Positions 1 through 13,109 are shown, counted from the first letter of the stretch. The stretch is DNA of 64,000 nt from Eledone cirrhosa (GCA_964016885.1 OZ024742.1:150784001-150848000); one strand, 5' to 3'. Notes: generated by a model not told the origin, from the sequence alone. Translations and numbers: made by a program.

Positions 1-524
1 AATTACAACAACGTTTCTATATTTCGAAACTATTGTATTTCAAGCTCTCTTTTCTTCCATCCTCACTACCCGCACAAAATTTCACACAATGCAAGAAACA
101 ATTATTTTGTTGGTTTATACCCTTGTTAAAAGTATGGGTATCCCAGTTTCCCTTTCCCCCATCACAATAAATTTCAAGATTCGTATAAAATAAGTACTGA
201 TATAGTTTTAGTTAAACTATATACATAATAACGCCGACAGCAAACTGTCATTTGCTGGATTATTATTTTGTGAGTAATGAACATTGTCAAATATAAGAAA
301 GAAAAGTCTACCTCTGAAGTCCGGCCATATTGCCATGCAAGCTGGGATATATACTGCTGCCCACTTCAATACCAGATCTACAGTAAATGAAGACAGTCAA
401 CAGTTCGTCTTCTATAAGCTTGCAGGTAATGCTTTGCACTGGAGCTATGAATGACTGAACTCATTGAAAGTAGTGTGCCAGTATAGTGAAACCTAGAATT
501 ACAATATATACTACAGGCTGAAGT

Positions 525-844
525 ATACATCCAGTGAAGCCTCCAGCTCACACTGTAAAGTGATCGTGATAGTGACACGACAAAAAGTGCCCACCCCACA
601 CTATAAAGTGGTCGTGATGACGACACGGCAAAAAGCGCCCAGGCGTAAAGTAGTGGTGTAGGTGTCACGACAAAAAACACCCAGTACTTACTGTAAATGA
701 GGTTGGTGCTAGGAAGAGCATCCAGGTGTAGAAACCGAGCTAAAATCAGTTCTGTATGAGCAAGATATAGTCACCTGACCTAGCGTTGCACATAACAGAA
801 TAACTCGTCTAACCCATGCTAGCGTGGAAAAATGGACAGTAAAC

Positions 845-877
<33 letters not shown>
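525..877 (+). mobile_element. RTE LINE 3' UTR fragment with (GAT)n tail
   Basis: Matches the 3' end of the RTE copies at 27890-28197 and 51860-52074 (ggttggtgytaggaagrgcatcc...cccatgctagcgtggaa...gatgatgat). Confidence 0.85.
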
Positions 878-1839
878 ACATAAGGTGGATGAAGCAGGCC
901 TAAATCTGTCACCTATTTTCAAATCTAACTTGCTGTAATTCCATTTCCCTTTCGTTATCATGAACAATAAATAACCTCATCTCTTCATTGCTAAAAATCC
1001 AAAGGTTTTTACGATTTCAAGGCAGAATAATAACTTAACAAGTCTGATATGGTTCTAAGAATACATAAATTTAGACAGTAACATGCATAATTATACATTC
1101 TTAACTGGTGAAAAGGATGCATCTTTATCAAAAAGATGCCATAATGTCTGTTATAAGATACGGACTACTGACTCCGCGGTTAGTTGCCTAACAGGCTACC
1201 CAAATTAAATACGTTTTACCCTTTGCATGGTACCGTAACGCCTGAGGGGGTCGTTGGGGTGGCATATTGACATACGGCATTTCTAGAGCATTTTAAACCT
1301 GCTGGAGCCCATTTTCTTTCCATGTTTGAGTACAGCAGATTTCTTCCAGAGAAGGATAGAGAATGAAAGAATGGAAGTTAGAAAGTGATATAGAGGAAGA
1401 ATTGGCCCCAATTTTTATTATCGAGCAAATGGATGAAAGGCAAAGTTGACCTCGACGGGATTTGAACTCAGGGTGTAGAGAGCCGAAACGAATACCGCAA
1501 AGCATTCTATCCGACGTTCTAACTACTTTGCCAATTTTCTCCTTTTTTACCCTTTAAGGAAGCGAAATAAAGGGGAAATGTGTACAATTATTATAAGCCA
1601 ATTAATAACAAGTCTACAAATTTTTTTTAATGTCTGCTTCAGAGCTCAAATATCGCTTTCTTCATGCTTTTTGGGAGCACTGAACTTTGAAAATAACAAA
1701 ATAATTGAGGGTTTAGGTCTAAAGTTTTAGATATTTGAGATTTTATGATTTACAAATAAACGATACTGACACAATAATGACACTCACTACCGAGTGATTG
1801 CACAGCGTTTCTTAGCCTGCCTATTATATTCAAATTCTA

Positions 1840-3075
1840 GTACCTCTCTTGTAACTGCCCAACTGTAATCTGCTAACATATTTGGGCTCCATTTACCCGG
1901 ATGTGGATTTTTTTATGGCTGCAATATCTTGGTGAAAACGTACTCCGTGTTTGTCGCTAACCGCAGCACAATTTGATAGGAAGAAATCCAAGAGTGAATA
2001 AAGAAAGGGGATCTTCAATGGCATATTACAACACAGTTGCTGGTAGGAAAACTGTAGATTTTGTACAAGTTCCTGGTAGTTTTCTGCTCTGTGATTTCCT
2101 AGAAAATTCTGTGGCAGCTGTCGAATACTGTCTTTTAAGATTTCAAGAATTTGGAGACTGACAAACGTGCCATCTTTAATTTTCGCTTTATTTGGTTTTG
2201 AAAACTTCCTTCCAAGATACTAAAAAGCTTGTCCTGTCTTATCTAGAGCTTTTACAAAATTTTTCATCAAAATTTTTCATCAACCACAGTTTGATGTGCA
2301 ACAGTGACAGCAAACTTTTCTCATCATCTACAAAGGCAAATTTTGAACACTTTTTGACTTGGCCAATCTTTTCTTGTGTCATGAGAATCTTTTGCACGAC
2401 TGTACCATTCACACATAAAACAACAGTATTTTGTGTAGCCTGATTGTAGTCCCGCCAACAAAGCAACCACTTTTAAGTCACCATATATCTGATCTGCCAC
2501 TGGTATTTATTGTAATTTATATAGATCAGATGTTCCTTCAAATTCTGATATGTTTTCTTCATATCAACAGCATGTCTGACTGGAATTGATGGTAGCTTAT
2601 CGCTTATGTGCAGTAAAACTCCTTTAAAGTTAACTTTGGATGAGTCAATGAATAATCTCCATTCTTCTGGATGGTGGTCAATGCTTAAAGTCGTCCTAAG
2701 GTCGTCGACATCTGTATATCCTACAAGGTTACCCTTCTTTGTAAAAACAAAAGAAAATGGCCGGAAATCTTTATCACAATTTCTAGATAAGCATACACTG
2801 GTATCATCAGAAATCAAATTCAATTGCTGTAACCTAGAGCCCAACAAGTCTGCTTTGTGTTTTTAGCAGCTCTAAATCTATGATGAGATCATTTAGTTCA
2901 CTTTGTCTTATCATGAGTAGTATTTTTGTTGGATACCTTGAAGCAAAGTCTGGATCGTTTGATGTTGAAGCTTCAAACTGTACTTCAAAATCTCGTTTCC
3001 ATCATCATTCTATTCAGGGATTATTTCTGGAGGCACAAGTGAAGATAGTTCTTTGCTGTGTGGTACTGGGTGTCT
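1840..3075 (-). pseudogene. Degenerate Chapaev3-like (CMC superfamily) DNA transposase
   Basis: Frameshifted pieces WRLFIDSSK..KGVLLH...PSIP, GYTKYCCFMCEW, LLHIKL.LMKNF, SDKHGVRFHQDI..KWSPNMLADYSW in collinear order; ends not defined. Confidence 0.8.
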
Positions 3076-4061
3076 AGCACAAGGGATAACGGGATAATCA
3101 ACATTTCATTTCTTCATCCCGTTAAGTTCTTTTCAAGCTGGTTGAAAGGCAAAACTGACCACGGCAAGATTTGAACTCAGAACGTCAAGGGCTGTAACTC
3201 TATGCCACAAAGCCTGTTGTACGATGCCCTACTGATAATGCCAATCCACTGCCCTTTATTTATTAATAAATATTATTCAATAGCAAAAAATGCGCAAGCA
3301 CAACTCATATCAACACCTATCATACTTTCCCTTTAAGCATTAGCACATAACTAGAATCCTTGAGATCGCCCCAAATGTTGAACCTCACATTCACTGAGTA
3401 CCACTCATGGTGAACATTAGCATAGCTAGTACCGTATTTCAAAGATTAGTACTTCTTTTCATGCCCATAAAATACTTCAGCCTCCATCAGTTACTGACTC
3501 TCTGCAAAACTTATCTCAGTTGCACAATTTAACACTATTCCTACATTTCGAACGGTGCTGCTGCTGCTGCACACAGAGATATCCTAGAGCACACCCAGAA
3601 GAAAGGTATTCAACTAATTGGCATAAGGTCACTCACAGACACATCTTACCCTCAAGCCCACAGACCTGATGTCTCCTCTCTCTTTTTTTTTTTAAATCAG
3701 TGCTGCAATGGTCCCTGCTTCTCGCAGTTTGCTGGTCCCGTACCAAGAACCCTTCCCCCGCCCTGTGACACTCCCTTCTTAAATATGACTCAGAAACAAC
3801 TATTCAGACTATGTATGAACCCATAACTCCTAATAGAGCTGTTGATTAAACATAAATATTCTTATTTATAATGATTGTTTATTTTAAGATTCACTTCTTT
3901 TAAAATGTTCAAATGTCAATACTTCCGGTTATGATATAATGGACGCTATATCATATCGCTTATATAAACGTTCATATATTTGCATCGTTATATCATAACG
4001 TATATATTTCCGTCGCTATTTTTTCTCCTTTTTCGTTTTTATTACATTTCACTGTAATGCA

Positions 4062-4544
4062 GTTTATATATAATATTGTCTTTTTTAAATGTATCATGGA
4101 TTACTTTACTGATTACAGAATAGAGTGTAACACAGTCTCTCTTCAATTTCTGTGCATATTGTCAATTACGATTTTATTTGACGTATCATATCTACATGCA
4201 TATATAGTTGCGTATAATATCAATATACACACTACACAAGCTAGCAGAAAACCACCCGAAGGGTGGTTTTTCTACTAGTACAAAGTAATGAAGTAGCTTG
4301 ACAAAGAAAATAAATTTTTAAATGACAACGTATACTTGCAGTTTGCAACAGCAACAAATACATTGTACAAAAATTACAACAGTTCAAAACTGAACATTTA
4401 TTTGCTACTATTCAATCATTTTTAATGTTTTGTAATCGCAATCGATAATATGCACAGAAATTGAAGAGAGACTGTGTTACACTCTTTTCTGTAATCAGTA
4501 AAGTAATCCATGATACATTTAAAAAGACAATATTATATATAAAC
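4062..4544. repeat. ~110-bp inverted repeat (4062-4173 / 4434-4544) enclosing a CTAG-ended hairpin (4241-4278)
   Basis: Arms are reverse complements with few mismatches; inner palindrome CTAGCAGAAAACCACCC-GAA-GGGTGGTTTTTCTACTAG. Confidence 0.9.
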
Positions 4545-6443
4545 TTGACACCTCTTTTTGCTGACAATTTTTGGTATGTCTGGCTGAAATGTCTGTACAG
4601 TTCTGACTTTGATCAGAGATGACAGGTGTTGATCAGTCAGCCTTGTTCTCTGAGAAGTTTTTGTTGATTTCATGAAGGAAAATAACTGTTCACACACATA
4701 TGAAGAACCAAACATTGCCATAATCTTTGTGGCAAGCTTTCTGAAGTTTTTTAACTTTTGAGGAAGGTATGAAAAAAAACCAAGTATCCCCACTTCAAGA
4801 TACTTTGCTCTGAGTGTGGAATCTGACTGCATTTCCAATAGTTCCATCTGCAGGCTTGGCAACATCAAAGGTGAATGGTGCTGAGAATAATTCAAACTGA
4901 TGTTCAAAAAATGAGAAATCACAAAATCTTTCCTGAAATTCCTTTGACAACAATTCCAGGTGACTGTCATAACAAAGCTAAGTACAGACTCAGTATTGGC
5001 AGTGTTTTTCAGCTCGTAGGAAAATGAACTAAATTTTCATTTCACAACTGTGACTTCCATAAGCTTAGTTTTGTAATGAAGCATTTGATGTCATCATCAT
5101 TCAACTGAGTGATGAGTTTGTTTTTACCTTGTAATTTCAAATTAAGATCAGTTAGTTGTACAAAAGCAGATCTTGGAGCCAACTTTCATCTTTTATTTCA
5201 TCTCCAGAAACATAATTATTTCTTGTCTTAGCAAATAGAATCTATTCAGCACTTTATGACATGACAACCAGCAGCCTTTTGTGTAGAATGGAACATCAGT
5301 AAAGTGATTATTCATATCTTTCAACAACTGGCTGAACTGACAGTGGTTGAGAGCACAACCTCTGATAGAGTTCACTGTCTTTGTGACCAAGCTAAGCTCA
5401 TGATGCAATTTTAAAATCTTTGAACACAAATTTTGCAGATGAATAATGCAGTGAAAATGCATTTCTATTTTTGTGGCAGCATTGCCATTATGTCTGCCAA
5501 CCATATTTGCAGCACTGTCAGTAGATAAACATGCAAGTTTACTCAAATCAAAACCATAGTCATGCAAAACCTGCTAGACATTATCAAAGATGTTATAGTA
5601 TCATGCATGGGGACCAGTTCAATTAGTTCTTCATAAATATTAAATTCACTGTCACAGGCCCTGATGAAGACTGCAAGCTGTGCTATTCCAGTGATGTCAA
5701 CAGTCTCATCAATAGCAATAGAAAAATGTTCAGACCTTGATGATACAGCCTTCAACTGTTGTTTCAGATCACCTGGCATTTCATCAATCCGTTCAGCAAC
5801 AGTGTTCCTGGTTAATGAAATGTCTTTGAATAACTGTACTTTCTCTGGACATACAATTTCAGCTGTTTTTACAAGGCATTACTTTACAAAATCTCCTTCA
5901 CTGTAAGATTTCCCACTCATGGCGATCATTTGTCTGAGTTTATAGCTTGCTGTATCAGAAGCGACATTCCTTTCCTGAATTTTCATAAGACAGGTCTGTT
6001 GCTGTGTCCAATTAGCCTTCAATTCCTTGAATCTTGAAACAAGCATTGGGCCTTCATATTTATCGTAAGATCAACGGTTTGTTTCATAATGTCTTTTCAA
6101 GTTGTACTCTTTTCGTGTGGCAATGTAGTTGTTGTAAATTAAACAATGTATCTTTCCATTCACCGTTGTGCAAAAATACTGTAATTCCCAATTCCCTTTT
6201 TCTCTCAGCTGGAGGAGCACTAGCCATTTTAAAAGCAAAAACTTTTGAAATTTTGAAAGAAATTTTTCTGTTTACAACTGTGAATGAGCTGTGTGTGATT
6301 TGCTGGGAGTTAAAAGTAGTTGACAAAAAACTATTGAATCGAAAAATTCTTTAATTTTATATTACGAAGATAAAACATGCTCAAACTGTAAAAAACCTTT
6401 GTGTGGGCCACAGGTGTAAAGGGCCACATTTTTTACATGCCTG
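4533..6443 (-). mobile_element. hAT (Charlie/SPIN/GTF2IRD2-like) DNA transposon with frameshifted transposase
   Basis: ORF pieces FSIAIDETVDITGIAQLAVFIR, STDSAANMVG, HCIIH.QNLC, WLS, MFGSSYVCEQLFS.MK...RTRLTD.HL; TIR-like CAGGCATGT end at 6443 followed by GTCTAGGG. Confidence 0.9.
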
Positions 6444-6984
6444 GTCTAGGGCATTTTAAACCCAGTGGAACCCATCTCTTTCGGTCTGAACACATCTGAT
6501 TTCTTCTGGAGAAAGAGAGAGTGTGTAAGTGATAGAGGAAAAATTGACCCCAGAACTGGACTGGCACGCTTTTATCGACATCGAAAAAGTTAAAGTGAAA
6601 ATTGACCTCGGCAGGATTTGAACTCAGATCTTAGAGGTAGGACAAATACCACAAAACCATTCTATATTCAGAATATGACTCAACAGATTTATCAACTGCT
6701 ATATCAATGATCAAAGTTATTGAGCATATGAACTATCAAATCTCTCTCTATGTATCTATCTATCTCTTTCATTAAAGCTAATGTCACTTATGTTCAGTCA
6801 GCTGGATATCATTCCTCGTTCATCTAGAACTTTGTACCACAGATAAGTCTGAATGCAAAATATCAGGATTGTAGTTACGTATGGTTACTGCAATATATTT
6901 GGTTCAATTGTTAAATTGAAAAGGTAAAATATAGAGCGAGTTATAAGTAACCAGGAAAGCCAATATTTATATTCCAAATGATAA

Positions 6985-7654
6985 TCTATATATCTAAAAC
7001 AGAGAATGTCTGTCTGTCTGTCACCTCACTAAAACTCGAGAACCACCCAACCGATTGTTTTCAAACTTTGCACATGTAATACTTATGGTCCTGTGAGTGT
7101 TTTAAGCAAACGATATTTCAAATTTTCAATGCCCTAGGGACCGCATTAGGCGATCTCTCTCTATAATTCTTAGTCTTTCTTTTTAGATAGATACATAGAT
7201 ATAACGTTGCGCCCTTATAATGTCTGTCTGTATGTCTGGCTCTCTGCATTACGTCATTATGACGCGATCAGTGTGTGTGTGTATATATGTATATATAGTG
7301 TGTGTATATGTATATTCTTATGCCAGGGAACGTCTTCATGAACCAAAGTATCGTCTTCCTGTTTTCCTTCGGTTGCAACGTTTTTCGAAATATTTACTTC
7401 TGAAACTAAAAAAAAAATCAATCTGTGAACGCAGAAGATCCCGTTCAGGGTGAAAGCAGTGATTCTTTGCTTAAACTTCAATCTGTTATTTTAATATATA
7501 TATAATTATATATTCGTGTACAGATATTTTTGCATACACAATAACAAAATATAAACAAACGTATTTATTTCACATGGCTCGATAAGGATAAATATATATC
7601 AAATATATAAGAACCCTAGAGCAAATCCCGAGCAACGCCGGGCCATTCTGCTAG
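6985..7654 (+). mobile_element. Non-autonomous Helitron
   Basis: A|TCTATATATCTAAAA 5' end, (TGTC)n, 3' hairpin CCCG-AGCAACGC-CGGG, then CTAG|T; no TSD. Confidence 0.85.
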
Positions 7655-8399
7655 TATTTACTAAAATTCTAGTCATACATTATGAAATTATAAACACATC
7701 AAACAAAAGTAGTTAAAAAATAACCATGGCTGATCACACACAAATAAGTGGATGTCCAAAAGGTTATCTGTGTACCTTACAATAAAAATAAATTGACTGT
7801 CCAGTTATTTATGACTCACCCTGATATATAAATAAATCTTTAAATATACATTTTAATAAAAATGTTCAACTATAAGAAATATTATAATGAATATGTATGA
7901 ATAAAAATAAAAAATGTTATTGTATATATATTTCTTATATTTGAACATTTCTTATAAAATCTCATTTTGATAATCAGATGTGAGATTATTTCCTGCTCAG
8001 ATTGACCTGCTAACACATCCTGATGAGAGAGTGTGTGTGTTTGTGGTGTTACTGAATTTAAGCTTCTCAAAATTAGGTTTAGTTTAAAACGAAATCAGGG
8101 TGTAGTAAAGAAAGGTACCCTCCATTCAAATTTTCCACAGTTTACAGTGTCTAAGCCATTGACTTCCATGACTAACCTTGTAAATACTGAAACATGTTGA
8201 TTAACAGGTAATTCTCAAGCTTTAGATAAAATAATAGTGGAAACTTGAATTCATTTCGATCACCTCTCCCTTTCATGCAACCAGATCTATATGAATTGGT
8301 CCTTCGAATGGGCAGTTGGATTCATAAAAATAATTATAATTTAATTTTAAAAAAAAAACAGGTTTTTAATTTCGGGCCTCATTACATATACTACAAACT

Positions 8400-8900
8400 C
8401 CACAACTGTTTCATTCGACCTTACCAAACACAATAGATTGAGAAGAAATGATTGGTAATGGTGTACAGTGCATTCGCTGTCTTTTCAAGTGATTGTTTAT
8501 TCATTGAAGCCAACTGTCAATTATCATATATTAAAATGCTTGCATCAAAAAAATGTTTGCTAAGGGCAAATGTATTTTGAAAGTGTTGTATTGTTCTCCC
8601 AGTATTGTTGATGAAATGAGCAGTTGTGCCGATGCAAATGATTTTTGGAGTACCGCGAGTCCTATGTAGCTAGTTGATGTATCATTAGTGAAGATGTCCA
8701 CTTAGTATACAATGCCTTTGGTGATGAGTGTAAAAGGCAAAACACTTTATTTCAGAAACACTATATTGAGGCTTTTGGTGATGAGTGTAAAAGGCAAAAC
8801 ACTTTATTTCAGAAACACTATATTGAGGCTTTTGGTATTCTTGTTGAACAACTGGTAAAAGATGTTGCTGTTCTAGAGTTATCTTCTGATTAGGGAAAGA
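8400..8900 (-). pseudogene. Highly degenerate Penelope-like (Naiad-type) linker/GIY-YIG remnant containing a 57-bp tandem duplication (~8716-8836)
   Basis: Minus-strand fragments read LFNKNT, GIVY, TSYIGL, LHRHNCSF, NTTLSKYI, collinear with the GIY-YIG at 45560-46026. Confidence 0.6.
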
Positions 8901-9088
8901 AAATGCTTCGTTGCATTTGTTTTTACATCAATATCATATGTTGGGTTATACTATGTATTTCTCTTTCTGTATTTTAGGGTAGTTATAAGTTGATATTAAT
9001 AACTATAATTCCCACTTTATGTGGCTAAGTGCTAGTACCTTGTTGTACTATGCAGCCCCATTATAGGCAGCTGATACATACTCTAAAC

Positions 9089-9420
9089 CAAGGGTGTGCA
9101 ACATATTCCATTGGCGGGCCACTTTTGAACATTGGTACTATTAGGGCCATTAATATTTATTAAGCACTATTCCAAAGATTCACCACAACTTCTTTCCAAA
9201 ACATGGAACTGGGAAATTATAACACACATAACCCTATCAGCGAAGCCCTTTAGTATAGGTCAACTAACAGGAAATTGTATTATGATTACAAAACAAATTC
9301 TAAATAAAGGCTTATTTAGAATTTTTTTCAAGGTAACAATTAAAAACGGTCATCGCGGGCTACTCTGATTGCCCTGGCAGGCCGGATTGTGGCCCACAGG
9401 CCACCTGTTGCACGCCCCTT
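9089..9420. mobile_element. hAT MITE
   Basis: Perfect 8-bp TSD CTCTAAAC (9081-9088, 9421-9428); imperfect TIRs CAAGGGTGTGCAACA / TGTTGCACGCCCCTT; subterminal GGGCC motifs. Confidence 0.9.
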
Positions 9421-9493
9421 CTCTAAACATAGACATTTGTCTGAGACTCTGACTCTGCAAATCTGCCACCTTAATATAATATAACAAGAACCA

Positions 9494-10125
9494 CAATAAT
9501 AATGGTTTCTGATTTAGGCACAAGACCAGCAATGTTGGGGGGAGGACAAAGTTAAATCAACCAAAGTACGTTACTGGTACTATATTTTATCGACCCCGTA
9601 AAGTTGAAAGGCAAAGCTAACTTCAGCTGTATTTGAAATCAATACATAAAGGGTTGTAACTCTATGCTGCAAAGCATGGTGTCAAACGCTCTACCAATAT
9701 TGCCAATCTACCACCCAATAATAATAATTGTTTCTACTTTTGGTACAAGGCCAGCAATTATCCCAGGACATTACTGGTACTTTATTTTATCGACCCCGTA
9801 AGGATGAAAGGCAAAGTTAACCTCGGCAGGATTTGAACTCACACCATAAAGGGATGTAACTCTATGCTGCAAGACATGGCGTCTGACCCTCTACCAATAA
9901 TAATAATAGCTTCCGGTTTAGGCACAAGGCCAACAATTTTGGAGGAAGAGCAAAATCAATTAAAACGACTTCAGTGATTTATTACTACTTCATGTTATAG
10001 ACTCTATAAGGATGAAAGACAAAGCTAGCCTCGGCGGGATTTGAACTCAGAAGTAAAGGGCCATAACTATACCACACAGCATGCTGTTCGACACTACAGA
10101 TACTGCCAATCTGCAGCCTAATAAT
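9494..10125 (-). mobile_element. Three head-to-tail tRNA-derived SINEs (Meta-domain-like family, (TTA)n tail)
   Basis: Three repeats of GAGTTCAAATC..GCCTTTCATCCTTACGGGGTCGATAAAATAAAGTACCAG separated by (TAA)n. Confidence 0.8.
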
Positions 10126-10709
10126 ATTAATAATGCTCTGAACGTGATAAAAATACACACAAACATATATGTATATAACCAAAACCCTAGTACTTCCAAA
10201 TATATACATCATACAGAAAATAGCACTACTAAGCACTGAAACAACAATTGAAACAGAGCCAAAAAGAACACTGCACATAGCCAATGAGTCCAGAGCTATG
10301 CTTATTAATGCAGTAATGACATGAAATATGAAATAAAAATAATGATAATAATAATATTATAAAAAAGTATGTTTCTTCTTTAATTATCTTCAAAATATAC
10401 AATGTGATATTTCTTTTATCTTGATATTTATTTGTGATTAATAGTCATGGACAGAATTAAAGATTCTTTTCAATTCATAATACCAAATAAGCCATGCTTG
10501 TCGTCGAACAAGGGAGGTAAACATGGATTGATACTTCAGTGATAATTTGGGAATAGGAAATTCAGTAACAAAACCACACCAGCAGAGATTATGTGTATGT
10601 AGGTGTGTAATATGTATCAGCTGTGTGTGCACGAGTGTAATATCTATCTATTTGTGCATGTGTATGTGCATGAATGTAATACATATCTGTGTGTGTGTGC
10701 ATGACTATG

Positions 10710-10985
10710 TGAAGGTGCATGGCTCAATGGTTAGGATGTTCTGCTCATGATCATAAGGTGGTGAGTTTGATTCTTTCTGACAGGTCCACTGTGTCCTTGA
10801 ATATAACACTTTTTTTCACATTGCTCTAGTCTGCTCAACTAGCAGAAATTGGTTGCATTTGTAATTCACGGGGCCAGCCTTGTAACACACTGTGTCATAT
10901 TCAATCTCCCTGAAAACTACGTTACTTACACGTTAATTTCACAAGCAAGCAGTTCTGTTGATTGAATCAATTGAGGCACTCATAT
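10710..10985 (+). mobile_element. tRNA-derived CORE-like SINE (non-RTE tail subfamily)
   Basis: TGGCTCAATGG A-box, GAGTTTGATTC B-box, GTGTCCTTGA..ACACTT core; related copies at ~12830, 17260, 22480, 24325, 30250, 41425 and 43025. Confidence 0.7.
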
Positions 10986-11084
10986 GTTCATATGTATGTA
11001 TGCGTGTGTGTGCCCATGTGTGTATGAGTGCAGTATGTTTCAATGTATGAGTGCGTCTGTACATGAGTGTAATATGTATAACGA

Positions 11085-11460
11085 GACATGGCCAGCAAAT
11101 GAAGAGGATATGCTTCAATGAATGTACAATGTTAATGTGCATGGATGAACTGAGAGAAAAGCTGGGTACTAACTGAATCAGATGTAGCTTGCAAGTGAGA
11201 AGACTGCACTGGTATGGACATGTGATGCACATGGATAATAATCGTTGGGTGAAAAAATGCCAAAAAAATCTCAGTGGAAGGAAGTTACAGTAGAAGAAGA
11301 CCAAGGAACGCTTGGGCAGAGGTGGTAAGAGCCGAGTCCAAATCAATGAAGCTCGCAGAGGAGAAGATAAAGGAACGTGACAAGTGGAGGGAACTCTGCT
11401 GGAAAAGACCCCCTTAAAACATACAAGCATAGAAAAGTGGACATAAAACTCTGATGACGT
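11085..11460 (+). mobile_element. Degenerate RTE LINE 3' fragment
   Basis: ELREKLG..IRCSLQVRRLHWYGHVMHM remnant. Confidence 0.7.
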
Positions 11461-11804
11461 GTGTGTGCATGAGTGTAATATGTATCTGTGTGTGTGTGTG
11501 TGTGTGTGTGCATGAGGGTAATATGTATCTATGTCTGTGTGTGCATGACTGTAATATGTATTTATGTGTGTGTGTGTGTGTGCATGAGAGTAATATGTAT
11601 CTACATGTCTGTGTGTGTGCATGCACGCAATATGTATCTATGTTTATGTGTTCATGAATAAAATATGTCTCTCTATGTGTGTGTGTGTGTGCATGACTGT
11701 AATATGCATCTAATGTGCATGTAAGTGTACCCATGCTAGCGTGGAAAGTGGACGTTAAACGATAATGATGATGATGATGTGTGTGTGTATGCAGACATGT
11801 ACAT

Positions 11805-12820
11805 ATGAGTAGAATATGTATTTATGTGTGTACATGAGCACATGACTATATTTATTTATGTGTGTGTGTGTGTATGTGAGTATGGCTGTATGAGTAGAAT
11901 ATGTATTTATGTGTGTACATGAGCACATGAGTAGAATATGTATTTATGTGTGTGTGTGTATGTGAGTATGGCTGTATGAGTAGAATATGTATTTATGTGT
12001 GTACATGAGCACATGACTATATTTATTTATGTGTGTGTGTGTGTATGTGAGTATGGCTGTATGAGTAGAATATGTATTTATGTGTGTACATGAGCACATG
12101 AGTAGAATATGTATTTATGTGTGTGTGTGTATGTGAGTATGGCTGTATGAGTAGAATATGTATTTATGTGTGTACATGAGCACATGACTATATTTATTTA
12201 TGTGTGTGTGTGTGTATGTGAGTATGGCTGTATGAGTAGAATATGTACTTATGTGTGTACATGAGCACATGACTATATTTATTTATGTGTGTGTATGTGA
12301 GTATGGCTGTATGAGTAGAATATGTATTTATGTGTGTACATGAGCACATGAGTAGAATATGTATTTATGTGTGTGTGTGTGTATGTGAGTATGGCTGTAT
12401 GAGTAGAATATGTATTTATGTGTGTACATGAGCACATGAGTAGAATATGTATTTATGTGTGTGTGTGTATGTTAGTATGGCTGTATGAGTAGAATATGTA
12501 TTTATGTGTGTACATGAGCACATGAGTAGAATATGTATTTATGTGTGTGTGTGTGTATGTGAGTATGGCTGTATGAGTAGAATATGTATTTATGTGTGTA
12601 CATGAGCACATGAGTAGAATATGTATTTATGTGTGTACATGAGCACATGAGTAGAATATGTATTTATGTGTGTATGTGAGTATGGCTGTATGAGTAGAAT
12701 ATGTATTTATGTGTGTACATGAGCACATGACTATATTTATTTATGTGTGTGTGTGTATGTGAGTATGGCTGTACGAGTAGAATATGTATTTATGTGTGTG
12801 TGTGTATGTGAGTATGGCTG
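11805..12820. repeat. Complex minisatellite (units of about 30-85 bp built from ATGAGTAGAATATGTATTTATGTG, ACATGAGCAC and (GT)n blocks)
   Basis: More than ten near-identical tandem units with variable (GT)n length. Confidence 0.95.
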
Positions 12821-13109
12821 TAATAGACATCTGTGAAAGTATGTGGCTTTGTGGTTAAGGTTTTCAATTTTAAGGTTGTGAGTTTAATTCCCACCAGCAC
12901 ATTGCATACTTGAGCAAAAGTGAGTTGGATCTGTAAGACCCTCCTTGTCACACAATGTGTCAGGCTGTTTAGCTGGTCAAACAACTCGAGTGTTCATTGT
13001 CAGATACAACAGAGATCCAACACAATATGCACCTATGTATGTGTGAGTGCGTGTGTGTGTGTGTGTATGTATGTGTGTGTATGTGTGTGTATGTGTATGT
13101 GTGTGAGTG

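Noticed and set aside
4241-4278. Rho-independent terminator-like hairpin followed by a T-run
   Set aside because: Eukaryotic context; better explained as a Helitron-type terminal hairpin.
7220-7481. Conserved peptide ARERLHEPKY.LPV.LRLQR shared with ORF 63596..63844
   Set aside because: Explained by two copies of the same Helitron; the frames diverge at the micro-inversion.
10438-10632. Possible extra coding exon downstream of PEX16
   Set aside because: The PEX16 ORF already ends at 13531, and there is no recognisable homology or convincing splice pair.
11805-12820. CRISPR-like array
   Set aside because: No unique spacers, eukaryotic context and no cas genes; this is a minisatellite.
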